From NCBI RefSeq assembly GCF_035594765.1, contig NC_085845.1, positions 145,530,897 to 145,594,896 on the forward strand: DNA of 64,000 nucleotides. The letters run 5' to 3'. The notes below the pieces were generated by a model. That model was given only the letters and a program-made list of their open reading frames with translations. It searched no databases and had not been told where the DNA came from. The position numbers were made by a program, and so were the translations under genes. Of this stretch, positions 52,634 to 64,000 are shown piece after piece (the stretch's first letter is position 1; every line of letters starts with the position of its first letter). This DNA comes from Anolis carolinensis (Eukaryota).

Positions 52634-52858
52634 AGTTTAAAACCAGTTCTTTCCATGGGATCCTATGGTTCTGTCCAAACCACATAGGATAAAAGAGACA
52701 GTGATCCAGGTCAAAACCATTTCTTTCCATGGGATCCTATGGTTCTGCACCAAACCCCACAGGATACAAGAGACAGTCATCCAGGTTAAAACCATTGCTT
52801 TCCATGGGATCCTATGGTTCTGCATCAAAGTCCATAGGATACAACAGACTTGTGATGG
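52634..52858. repeat. 74-75 bp tandem repeat, 3 units
   Basis: ccatgggatcctatggttctg at 52653, 52727 and 52802. Confidence 0.9.
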
Positions 52859-53599
52859 TTGGACAATGAAACGGGACGGGAAACTTTTGATGGTTCCCAT
52901 CGCATCTGTTTTTCAGTGTCTTGTTACTAGGCATTGTTTTAAATGCATTGCTGCAGAGCAGAGAGTAAGATGCTCATGGCATTGTGCACTAGGTACCATT
53001 GCCAAAGGCGACAGTCCAGCTTCAATGCTGGTTTGCCGGTCTTATTTAACAAAGTCCTAACTTCACCTGGGATTGGATAGGAATTATATCCATCTTACTG
53101 GTGTCAGTAATGTACCTTTGAGGAGGATCAGGCTTTAGACTTAATTTCTCTCTTGTATAAACTTGAAGAAGTGTGTATTAAGCCAGTGACCTCATACTGC
53201 CAGGCTTATTATTATTAGCTATTGTTTACCTTTGCCTTATCATTATTTCCACTTAGCCTGGCTCCCTGCCCAGGGTTAAGATGCATTTATTTTCATATGA
53301 TACTACTATTCAATACACATCTGTTACATACAGTGTCCAGAACTCAAATGAGGCAAACAGGGATCTAAAAAGCAGATCAAATCCCATTGCAAGCTCCTTG
53401 GAAATTAAGACTGAAACCTGGAGCAGATGCACTGTCCCACTGCCGCACTTGCCTTTTTCTAATTTAAGCAACTCTAAACATTGTAACCTTTCCACATAAG
53501 GGAGTTACCCCACTTTGTCCTTTTCTTCATATTTTTCAGCTCTACAATAACCTAATTAGAGTCAAGTGTTTAAAACTGAATTAATATGAACGGGCCTGA

Positions 53600-53890
53600 T
53601 TTTTTTCTGATTTTTTTCAAGAGCAACTTAAGAAAGTGCAAGTCACTTCTGGTGTGAGGGAATTGACCGTCTGCAAGGATGCTGCCCAGGGAATGCCCGG
53701 ATGTTTGATGTTTTACCATTCTTGTGGAAGGTTTCTCTCATATCCCCGCATGGGGAGCTGGAGCTGACAGAGGGAGCTCACCCGCTCTCCCTGGGTTGAA
53801 TTTGAATAAGCAACCTTCAGGTCAGCAACCTAACCTTCAAGTCATCAGTCCTCTGGCACAAGAATTTAACCCATTGCGCCACCGGGGGCT
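53600..53890 (-). mobile_element. tRNA-derived SINE (Anolis SINE2-like)
   Basis: Revcomp starts agcccccggtggcgcaatgggttaaa. Confidence 0.8.
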
Positions 53891-55220
53891 TCAACTGCCC
53901 AGATGTGGCTCCAGGATTTAAAATCTAAACTTTTTTTTAAAAAAACTATCATAGTCACTGAGACTTCCCCCATAGGTTCAACAGCTTTAAAATTCAGACA
54001 GAAATTCAAAGTGTAGTCACCAACCCAGCAATATTGGACCCATCAATTCCCACTGCTTGTAGTGGTTCAGTTAGTGCTGAACAATTGGATCAAGACACTA
54101 CCAGAACTTCCATTGTGTCATTGTTCTGAAACACTCAGAAACTGAAATGACAGCTGACTCCTAGACACAGGCTGGGAGGCTATATTACATGACATCTACA
54201 CTGCCATACAATACAGTTTCAAACTGTATTATATGGCAGTATAGGTGGGGTTTCATCTGCTGAGACATAGCCATTGCCTTTGGGTATATCTGCTATGGAG
54301 CCCAGTGGGGGACATTTGCTGGGAAATTTGGTCCTTCCAAACTGGAGCTGGCTTTGCACATCATAGGCACAACTGCATACATGATTTCTGTTTTTGACTC
54401 ATCAGACAGAAATTTTTGTCCTACTGTGACAATTGATGTATATGATTGGTTAGTTGGTTACAGACAGGAGAATGGGCAGAGGTTTCAAATGATTGACTTC
54501 AAAGATTTTACAAATGTGTTCTCAATTTATTTACTGAATTTGTATTAAATTTGTTTCATTAAGATTTTTTTAACATAGGAAAAACAAAGGCAAACTAGGA
54601 TCCCAAGACAAATATTTGGAGATGGAAATCATTTTCATCTTTTGGAAGGCTCAGTGAACTGAATGTGTAACTGCGATTTGCTGAGCAAGAGAGTTTTTAA
54701 AATGTTCTACCAGCACCAGGGAGACTTTTCTTTCTAATTGTGCTGGCTATTCCAATTCAGAACTCAGAAAAGCACTGCATTCATTGGATTTAATTATATG
54801 CTGTTTCTAAAAATAAATGTCCTGCAACACCATTTTTACTTCATTTCTTTTTTATTGTTATGGTATCTTTTAAAAAAATAAACATGGCTGGGATACGCTT
54901 TACTCTCTAAACACACACACACCACTTTGTTTTCATACAAATCAGGAATTAATGAAAGTTATTAGAAGCTCAGTAAACAAGGTCTTGTTTATGACTGTAT
55001 TCACCTTGGGGAAAATATTTTCCCTCTTTTAATCTGAAAATAAGCATGCTGCGTTAATTTGAAGCAGTGGTAGAAGTTGGAAAGTTATGCTTATGCTGAA
55101 ACCATCCAAAATTGAACTGTGGTATGATGATGCCTTGGATCTGAGAACACTATGCTTTTTTTCTGATTGTGGAAGGCTTCAGTATGTCTTCCACAGACAG
55201 TAAAAAGGAAGAATCTCAAA

Positions 55221-55436
55221 AGGGTTACAAAACCCGCGCGTTTGCGGATGACTTGGTTTGTTTAATAGAAGACCCTTTAAAACAATTTGATTTATGGTGG
55301 AAGACAATTGAAAATTTCGGGGAGGTGGCTGGACTGAAGATCAATAAAGAAAAAACTAAAATATTAACCAAGAATATGGCTCAGAAGAATATGGAGAAAT
55401 TACAAGAAGTCATGGGAATAGAAATAGTCAAAAGGA
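55221..55436 (+). pseudogene. Internal fragment of L1-clade reverse transcriptase
   Basis: YKTRAFADDLVCLIEDP...FGEVAGLKINKEKTKIL (FADD motif C plus GLKINxxKT). Confidence 0.85.
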
Positions 55437-56292
55437 TTCCTTTAGAGTACAGTCAACATAACTATTGAACACAAGGGAAAGCCACTATCTTTGATGGATG
55501 CTTCCAAGCACTAGCATAGATAATCCTAGTGTCATGCCTATGGATTGAATGCTTTATCCTTAAATTCAAGATATAAAATATCTTGCTGCAATGTTGATTA
55601 GGGTGTTCTCACTTATTTGCCAAACAATGGTCCTCTAACATTTCACAATTATAGCACTGTGAAGTTCTAACCCATGGAATGATGTTCAGTTAGGTGTGTG
55701 ACACACAAGTTCTTTAAGAATGATAAATTATAAAATGCAAATTCCATGACAGAACCATGACAGTTAAAGTGGAACTCTTGTTACAAAATAATATTGAATT
55801 TGAAAATCTTGGAAGCATTTGATTTCATCCAGATACATTTTTCAAAGTTACTATTCTGCAAGACTTTGGAATTATGGTTTCTCTTGCTCCCACCATTTTC
55901 AAAGGTATGTTTGATGAGTAGCACAATAAAAGACCTTATCAATGGCTGCTCCCAGGCTGTGGAATTCCTTGTAATGGAAGATGTTAAGCACCATTCCCCT
56001 TTTGTTCAATGTGTTCAAATGGTTTTAAATTTGTTTTTAATCCAGTGTTAATTTTTAATATACTTGTTGAATTGATTTTTTAATTTTTCTCTAATTTTAT
56101 AAAATATTGGTATTGAATTTCATTCCAGTTTGTGTTATACTCTGCCTTGGGTTCTATAGTGGAAAAATGGCAGGATATAAAAATACATACTTACTAAGGA
56201 CTTCTAAAAATGTAACTGGGTAATGAAATGGTTCATTAGTGGACGCTTGTCTGCTATGTACAACTGAGACATATGGATTGAGGTGAAAACAC

Positions 56293-56395
56293 ATGTTCCA
56301 GAACATGTATGGCCATGTTCTGGTACATGGCCATACAACCCGGATACCTCACAGCAACCCAGAGATTCCAGCCATGAAAGTCTTCGACAACACAT
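56293..56395 (+). mobile_element. Very short Penelope 3' end with a micro-inversion, no hammerhead
   Basis: tgtatggccatgttc followed by tggtacatggccataca...ttcgacaacacat. Confidence 0.75.
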
Positions 56396-57090
56396 TAAGT
56401 CAAAAATATTTTTTGGGTTTTTTTTTAAAAGGAGAAAATGCAGTGTTCCCAATGCATTGAGAGACATTGTTTGGAGTCTTATAGGTTAGGCTTAAAGGTA
56501 GATCCAATGAATCAGTTGTGGAACTGGGACTAGTCTAGTCTGCATGAATACAAGACCCTTATCACATTGAGGTCACCTATCTGGGCAATAGCGGGGTGAT
56601 TCACCATGGATTGTGATGAATCTGGCATGGGGAATCTTTTGCCCTGCACCCCGCATCGCCTGCATTGCCCTCGCTGCCTGGCTTCTCCCCGTTGTTGTTT
56701 ATGCAACACAGGAAGCCTCCCATGTTGCCGGCACTGCCTCCTGCAACACTTGGATCTCACTTCAGGCATAGCGCCCCTTCAGAAGTAGATTGACATCATG
56801 TGATGGGATCCAGTGGGCTCTGTGCCTGAAGAGAGGTCCAAGTGTCATAAGATGGACAATTTTGCCCATCTGATGTAGTCCTTAGGCCATTTCTTAGTAT
56901 AGCTTACAAACTGCATCCATGTTTTTGGTTCATTGATTAAATTTTAGTGTCCATTTGTCTCTAATGGGTGTTCAAAAATTAGGATTAGATGCCCATTTGA
57001 ACACACAACTGTTACTTTTAAATTCTTTTGACAATAACAGACATACTTTGTGTGGAACCCTATATTTTAAGGATTTCCTGCCTAAGAATA

Positions 57091-57761
57091 CAGGCAGTCC
57101 CCGAGTTACAAATATCCAATTTACAAATTAATCATAGTTAAGAATGAGGGGCCCCTAGTGGCACAGAGTGTTAAAGCGCTGAGCTGCTGAACTTGCAGAC
57201 CAAAAGGTCCTGGGTTCAAATCCTGAATTCAGAGTGAGTTCCTGCTGTAAGCTCCAGCTCCTGCCAACCTAGCAGTTCGAAAACATGCGAATGTGAGTAG
57301 ATTGATAGGTACCGCTCCGGCGGGAAGGTAACGGCGTTCCATGCAGTCATGCCGGCCACATGACCTTGGAGGTGTCTACGGACAACGCCGGCTCTTCGGC
57401 CTAGAAATGGAGATGAGCACCAACCCCCAGAGTCAGACACGACTGGACTTAACGTCAGGGGAAACCTTTACCTTTACCTTAAGAATGAGGGTGAGACAAC
57501 AGGTGAGAGAAATTTACCCCTAGGAAGGGAAATACACTCCTGAAAGAGTTATCATGGGGAAAAGGTGTCTCAACTGTGATATCATGGAGTTATCATGGGG
57601 AAAAGATGTTTCAAGCTTTATCACCACTTCTTGTTTCCACAACAAGCCAAATTTTTCAAAATCCAACTAACACAGGGACAGAAAATGAGGTGAAATCTTC
57701 TGAACTGGCACACAGACAGCAAAACAAACACCATGGAGTTGTAAACCTATGCTATCCAATG

Positions 57762-57802
<41 letters not shown>

Positions 57803-57901
57803 TGTTATCCTTAAAGAATGTACCTGTTCTGTCTTACATATAAGTTCAACTTAAGAACAAACTTACAGAACCTACCTTGTTCATCACTTGGGGACTGCCT
57901 G
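57091..57901. mobile_element. Tigger/pogo-like MITE with nested Sauria SINE and (TG)n
   Basis: TIR caggcagtcccc / ggggactgcctg; TA duplication. Confidence 0.85.
57149..57480 (+). mobile_element. Sauria SINE
   Basis: Full length; TSD aagaatgaggg at 57140-57150 and 57481-57491. Confidence 0.93.
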
Positions 57902-57991
57902 TACCATGAATCACTCTGGAGAAAATACCCAGAGAGAACATATTTTGTCAGATATGGATAAATAAAACCACAGAAACCAATAGTTGTACTG

Positions 57992-58039
57992 TACATACAT
58001 ACATACATACATACATACATACATACATACATACATACA
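57992..58039. repeat. (TACA)n microsatellite
   Basis: Direct reading. Confidence 0.95.
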
Positions 58040-59544
58040 GGAAAAGATGGTTTTGGATTATTTAACCCTTGAGTTCTTCTTCTGAATCATGTACATCTGG
58101 ACTCACTCAGAGCAAAGCACTTAAGGATGTGCTTATCGCTGAACATCTGAGTTCAGGGGAAGGGAGGGAGTGCAGGTGGGAATCCCTGCTAGCCCTTTGC
58201 CATGCTGAGTCCACAGGGAATACTGGCTACTTTGCCATAAATCAATGGAGGTATCAGCATGTAATGACATTAATTTGACAGCAGTCCATACACAGAGTCT
58301 TATGAGCCTCCCTGAAGTGTTTAGTAAGTCAGGCATCCCTTGTTATTACCATGCTATTGGTTCACAATGAACATAAAGTGGTTTGCATATCCAAAGAGAG
58401 TTCTTCTTCCTTCTCCTTAGCTGATTCTGTATTCAAAGAGTGGAAGCAGCAATTAAAAAATTGGCATTTTTAAACATTTGATAGTAGACATCCCTGACAG
58501 TTTTTTTTCCCTGCTCCTGCTGTATGATAAAATTATCATATGGAGGAATAGCAAAAGCAGCATAACAATAAAAGGAAACAAGACGAAAGGAATTATGACA
58601 AACATAAGAAGAAAGCAGTATGCTTCTCAGTCCAAGAAGCTGATCTCAGGACTTTCTAAGCAGTGCAAGCAAAATAAATTCTATATTGAAACACTCATGG
58701 TTTAAAAGAATGCTAGGTAATCTCAAAGGGATTCCAGAATACACTTTCATTAGGTGACATTCTTTTTTTTCCTTTTTTTTTAAAATCAGGAAATGGTGAA
58801 AACACTGTGGGCCTTTGGCTGTTTAGTGGATACCGTAGGAAGAGGCAACTACCCTTTACAGTTGTAGTTTTACAACACATTTAGCCTTTTCTGCCAAAGC
58901 ATGATGATGCCTCATCAAGTTACGAATTCTGGGATTCCATAGCATTGATCTAGTTAGAGTGGTATCAAACTGCATTAATTCAGCAGTGTACATGCATCAG
59001 TAATATGAAACCCACCATTCACTACCACTGAATAGCACAGAATTTGAAAGTAATGTAAACATTACAATAACATTCTCTAAAAAGAATTCTTCCACTTTTG
59101 GAGTGAGTAATGGGTGTAGCAATGTTAGCTTGCAAAAGTAATATTTTGTAAGAAGTAGGACTTCAATGGCATATTGTTGTAAGAAGTAAATTTTGGGGGT
59201 TATGATTAAACAATACTTTTAAAATGGGAACATGTTTTGAAACATTGCAACAGTAATTTGCAAATTGTTCTCTTATCAATTCTAGTCTGTCTTAAGGCAA
59301 CGAACATAATGAAATGGCAAAGAGCAAAGTAGCATGTTATCACTGAAATACTAAAACAGGCAAAATTACCTTTGAAACACTAAAAGAAATGAAAACAGTG
59401 AACTGCTTTTAAAAAACATTCTAATAAGCAATGTGAATGAATAACATTAAAACATTAAAAAACTATAAAAATTGTAATGGTGTGTGATCTCTTAAGCTTG
59501 ATATATTTTGGGGTGTCATTCTAACTTAATTAAAGTCTGTGTCT

Positions 59545-59690
59545 TTGGGTTGCTGTGGGTTTTCTGGGCTGTATGGCCATGTTCCATGTTCCATGCTCCC
59601 AATGTTTCTCCCACATCTATAGCAAGGATCCTCAGGGGTTGTGAGGTCTGTTGGAAACTAGACAAGTGGGGTTTATATATATGTGGAATG
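59545..59690 (-). mobile_element. Older-subfamily Penelope pLTR fragment with decayed hammerhead
   Basis: Resembles the 48.6 kb copy (gtgaggtctgttggaaactag) more than the adjacent young element. Confidence 0.8.
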
Positions 59691-59693
59691 TTT

Positions 59694-61034
59694 GTTGAAA
59701 AGATCAGCAACCTCAATCTAAGCACCAAGGACATCCTGATCAGCTTTGATGTGGTGTCCCTTTTTACCAAAGTCCCAGTAGCTGACACCCTCACACTAAT
59801 CAAACAAAACTTCCCAGAAGACATCACAGCCCTGTTTCACCATTGCCTCACCACTAGCTACTTTCAGTGGGACACTGGATTCTATGAACAGAAGGATGGA
59901 GTGGCCATGGGGAGCCCTCTCAGCCCAGTAGTAGCAAATTTCTATATGGAATACTTTGAAAAACAGGCCCTAGAAACAGCACCAAAAAAGCCAACTGTTT
60001 GGTTCAGATACGTAGATGACACCTTCACGATTTGGAGCCATGGAGAGGAAGAACTCAGCAAGTTCCTGGACCATCTTAACAGCATCCACCCAAACATCCA
60101 ATTCACCATGGAAAAAGAAAAGGAAGGAAAACTGCCATTTCTAGATGTTCTGGTCATCCGCAAACCCAATCAACAATTGGGCCACACAGTTTACAGAAAA
60201 CCTACACACACAGATAGATACCTTCATAAAAACTCCAACCATCACCCAAGTCAAAAAAGGAGCACAATCAAAGCCCTGACAGACCGTGCACAAAGAATCT
60301 GCGAACCTCACCTCCTCCAAGGTGAACTTAACCACCTAAACTGGGCTCTACAGGCCAATGGATACTCCACCACAGACATCAGAAGAGCTGCAAGGCCAAG
60401 AACAAGTCATGAGAGTCAAGACAAAGATCCACCCAGAGGAAAGGTGTTCTTACCATACATCAAGGGAACTACTGACCGCATAGGGAAGCTGATGAAGAAG
60501 CACAACCTACAAACTATCTACAGACCCACGAAGAAAATCCAACAAATGCTACGGTCAGCGAAGGACAAGAGGGATCCTCTCTCTTCTGCAGGAGTCTACC
60601 GGATACCATGCAGCTGTGGACAAGTCTACATAGGGACCACCAAACGCAGCGCCCAAACAAGAGTCAAAGAACATGAAAGGCACTGCAGACTAATTCAACC
60701 AGAGAAATCAGCCATAGCAGAGCATTTGATGAACCAGCCTGGACACAGGATACTATTTGAGAACACAAAAATGCTGGACCATTCTAACAACTATCATGTC
60801 AGACTACACAGAGAAGCCATTGAAATCCACAAGCATGTGGACAACTTCAACAGAAAGGAAGAAACCATGAAAATGAACAAAATCTGGCTACCAGTATTAA
60901 AAAACTCAAGAATCAAAACAGTAAATAAAAAGCAATACTCTGAAAACAGAGGATTTCCAGACATGAATCAACCTAGGACAGTTAACGACTCTAAACAAAG
61001 GATGCCCCAGAGGCAGGAAGAAGACAGCAGATAA
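59694..61034 (+). CDS. Penelope-like RT + GIY-YIG endonuclease (N-terminally truncated)
   Basis: RT motifs SFDVVSLFTKVP, QKDGVAMGSPLSP, FRYVDDTF; GIY-YIG motif GVYRIPCSCGQVYIGTTKR..R..EH; no internal stops. Confidence 0.93.
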   Translation, partial: VEKISNLNLSTKDILISFDVVSLFTKVPVADTLTLIKQNFPEDITALFHHCLTTSYFQWDTGFYEQKDGVAMGSPLSPVVANFYMEYFEKQALETAPKKPTVWFRYVDDTFTIWSHGEEELSKFLDHLNSIHPNIQFTMEKEKEGKLPFLDVLVIRKPNQQLGHTVYRKPTHTDRYLHKNSNHHPSQKRSTIKALTDRAQRICEPHLLQGELNHLNWALQANGYSTTDIRRAARPRTSHESQDKDPPRGKVFLPYIKGTTDRIGKLMKKHNLQTIYRPTKKIQQMLRSAKDKRDPLSSAGVYRIPCSCGQVYIGTTKRSAQTRVKEHERHCRLIQPEKSAIAEHLMNQPGHRILFENTKMLDHSNNYHVRLHREAIEIHKHVDNFNRKEETMKMNKIWLPVLKNSRIKTVNKKQYSENRGFPDMNQPRTVNDSKQRMPQRQEEDSR

Positions 61035-61276
61035 GCTTTTCAATGCTAATTAAAGTGATTAACTACACATTCACACTGACCTCTCTCACCCTAGACTTTC
61101 CACAGATATATATTTACCTCTTTGCTTAGTTTTCTCCATACCTCACAACCTCTGAGGATGCCTGCCATAGATGTGGGCGAAACGTCAGGAGAGAATGCTT
61201 CTGGAACATGGCCACACAGCCCGAAAGACACACAACAACCCTGTGATCCTGGCCATGAAAGCCTTCGACAACACAT
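59696..61276 (+). mobile_element. Young 5'-truncated Penelope-like (Poseidon-type) retroelement
   Basis: Uninterrupted RT/GIY-YIG frame, pLTR with hammerhead and tail; candidate TSD tgtttgt at 59689-59695 and 61277-61283. Confidence 0.95.
61149..61189 (+). ncRNA. Minimal type I hammerhead ribozyme, perfect copy
   Basis: Helix I CCT/AGG; CTGAGGA 61152-61158; helix II GCCTGC/GTGGGC (61160-61165 / 61173-61178); GAAA 61179-61182; palindromic ACGT helix III; predicted cleavage after C61186. Confidence 0.88.
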
Positions 61277-61706
61277 TGTTTGTATATTTGCTTACACTCA
61301 GTTTTACTCCAACAATGATTTCAGGCACATCTGACAACAGCAAGCTTTAACATATCCATTGCATTCCAGAAATGGTGTGAGGACCTTTGTTCAATCTATT
61401 GGGATCAATTAATCAGCTGAACTTATTAATAAGATAGAGTAGGAAAAGGCTGTTGTTGCTACGACACTGACCAAAACCACACCCAACTAGTGTTCCTCTC
61501 TCTATCAGTCTCTACCTTTCTACTAAGACTGTAGAATTCTGCTCCCCACCCATTTTTCTTTCAGTCCCCAAATTTCTAGAATACTAGTGAGTGAGACATT
61601 GAAAACCATTCTCATCTAGAACTCTTACTGATTTTTTTGTCTTTGCATTTCCTTTGTGATTTCCCTATCACTTTTCTATGGATTCCAAAACTATATTTCA
61701 AAAAGC

Positions 61707-62405
61707 TTTGTTATTGTCGTTTATTTGTTCAGTTGCTTCCGACTCTTCGTGACCTCATGGACCAGCCCACACCAGAGCTCTCTGTTGGCTGTTGTCACTC
61801 CCATCTCCTTCAAGGTCAAGCCAGTCACTTCAATGATACCATCCATTCATCTTGCCCTTGGTTGGCCCCTCTTCCTTTTTCCTTCCATTTTCCCCAGCAT
61901 CATTGTCTTTTCCAAGCTTTCCTGTCTTCTCATTATGTGGCCAAAGTACTTTATCTTTGCCTCCAATATCCTTCCCTCCAGTGAGCAGTCAGGCAATATT
62001 TCCTAAAGTATGGACTGGTTTGATCTTTTTGTGGTCCAAGGTACTCCCAGAATTTTCCTCCAACACCACAGTTCAAATGTGTCTATCTTCCTTCGCTCAG
62101 CCTTCCTTATGGTCCAGCTCTCGCATCCATAAGTTACTACGGGGAACACCATTGCTTTAACTATGCAGACTTTCATTCCCAGTGTGATCTCTTCAGTATT
62201 TTATTGAGGTTGGTCATTGCTCTCCTCCCAAGAAGTAAATGTCTTCTGATTTCCTAGCTGCAGTCTGTGCCTGTAGTAATTTCCGTGCCTAGAAATATAA
62301 AGTCTGTCACTGCCTCCATGTTTTCTCCCTCTATTTGCCAGTTATCAATCTGTCTGGTTGCTATCAACTTGGTTTTTTTGATGTTTAACTTCAACCCAGC
62401 TTTTG
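61707..62405 (-). mobile_element. RTE-BovB LINE 3' fragment
   Basis: BovB-like text (ccgactcttcgtgacctcatggac; ccaaagtacttt..tttgcctc; cctccaacaccacagttcaaa) on the minus strand. Confidence 0.85.
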
Positions 62406-64000
62406 TTTTCTTCTAAAAGCTTGTGCAAAGGTTTAAGTTACTGCAGTGCCAGAAACTTGAGGAATGAAAGAGAATGTCATGGTGTGTGGAGAGAACACCC
62501 TTATTTTTCCCCTCCCTGTGGCTACACACTTGCCTTCCAGTCTCATCTGGTTCTTTCTCCCTGGGAAGAAGGTATTAGAATGCTCTGTAGTGAGGAGCAA
62601 ACATACTACTGAGAGCAGATATAAGTACCTGGTGGATCTGCCTCGTGCCTCTCTATCTACCTCTCTCAACATCCATTATTCATTGACTCTTATTGCTTGC
62701 AACAGACAGAGTTATGTTTGATTGTTAAGACATTGGAACATTGGTTGGAAACCAGTTTAATCCTTCTTTATCTATCTGTATGAGTAAAACAATACCTTAG
62801 TCAAAGAAAAGATAATTAGGTTTCAGTCACTCTATGGGCCCATTAGCTTTGTACACATGACCCAACAGTATTGGTGTAAATATCATTTGCTGGTGGTGTT
62901 AATTCAAGCGTGTTGACACTTACATAGCAGGCAATCATTAAGTATGACTGCAATTTATCTAAATCTAATTTATATGATCAACAAAGTAGCCTCTCCATAT
63001 CAACCTTGTTTAAGATCATTTTTTAAAAGGAGAAGGTATGAAGGAAGGATAAAGTAAAAGCATAAAGGAATCACAAAGAAAATATTTTCTTCTGGTAGTA
63101 AACTCTGATAGAGGGTGACCAACCTTCACCTCAGATTCCCTTAATAGGCCTGCAAATAGACTCATAAAGGAGTCACAGAGGAAAAAATGTCCCTCTAATA
63201 GTGAACGCTGGTGGAAAGTGACAAAGGAGGAAAGTCAAAATATTTTGTTGGAGTAAAATACAGCTACAACTTCGTTAGCAAGAATTGTCAATGATGTGGT
63301 GCACCAAAGGACATGGATTCTACATCAAGTGACTAGCCTACTGCTCAAAGAAGACAATTTCTTCAGCCTAGTTGTTGGGAAAAGTTATTGACCATTCTCT
63401 CTTCTCATTTAAAAAAATGCATAGTTATTATAATTTGGCATGCCCAATCTCACACAATGAGGTAGATTTCGGATATACATAGGAAAATGAGAATAATTCT
63501 TTGGTAATGACAGGAAGTGGGGGATCCAAATGGGCGTATGCCTTCCTGCTACCTGGGAGTAAACTGTCTGACAGCTCCCGGGCTAGATTTTCCTCATCCC
63601 CAAATCCTTAAAGAGGACCTCCAAAGTTAAAAAAAATGGGTGTGAAGGTTGTTCCTATATTGAATTCTGTCCCATGCCAAAACTGTATTACAAAATTATA
63701 ATGTAGAAGTTCCAAACAAAGTAGAAAAGGAATACGCCAGATTCCATGAAAAATGCCAACACCCAAAAGATCTTTATGATAGAAATTGGCTCATGGGAAG
63801 AAGCTGGGAAACCATGGAGACGACTGAATGTGATTACTCAGCTGTGCAACACTTATGAGCTACCCAAGTAGACTGAAAACTCCAGGAATCCAATCTTTCT
63901 AAGGAAACCATCTTCATTCTCCACCTACCCACTCAGTCACTGTCCAAGCATCTGGGACAGTGATATTCCTACGAAGCTACCAGAGAAGATGCCAGTGACC

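Noticed and set aside
59508-59693. N-terminal ~60 aa of the 508-aa ORF
   Set aside because: Derived from flanking DNA and the antisense older pLTR; RT homology starts at about EKISNL.

Overview
AT-rich vertebrate genomic DNA, almost certainly a squamate and most likely an anole lizard (Anolis). This is inferred from Sauria SINEs, Poseidon-type Penelope elements and the CR1/BovB/Vingi/MITE families; family names come from recognition, not a database search. I could not support any host protein-coding exon, so the window looks intergenic or intronic and is heavily layered with transposons. The only long real coding sequence is a young, 5'-truncated Penelope-like element (RT + GIY-YIG, ~59.7-61.3 kb). 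Main points: (1) ten copies of a minimal type I hammerhead ribozyme in the Penelope terminal repeats, one perfect and most others damaged at CpGs, each followed by a hairpin whose 3' arm matches the asymmetric 'tail' of the inverted insertions. (2) A hAT-type element with a perfect 8-bp TSD (31221-33487) that carries a CpG-island, promoter/first-exon-like cargo. (3) Two unrelated-looking LTR-like elements, each encoding a short acidic peptide ending in an RRSx[RK][LI]AxKR motif that resembles the HMGN nucleosome-binding core. (4) Several nested, chimeric or same-site MITE insertions.
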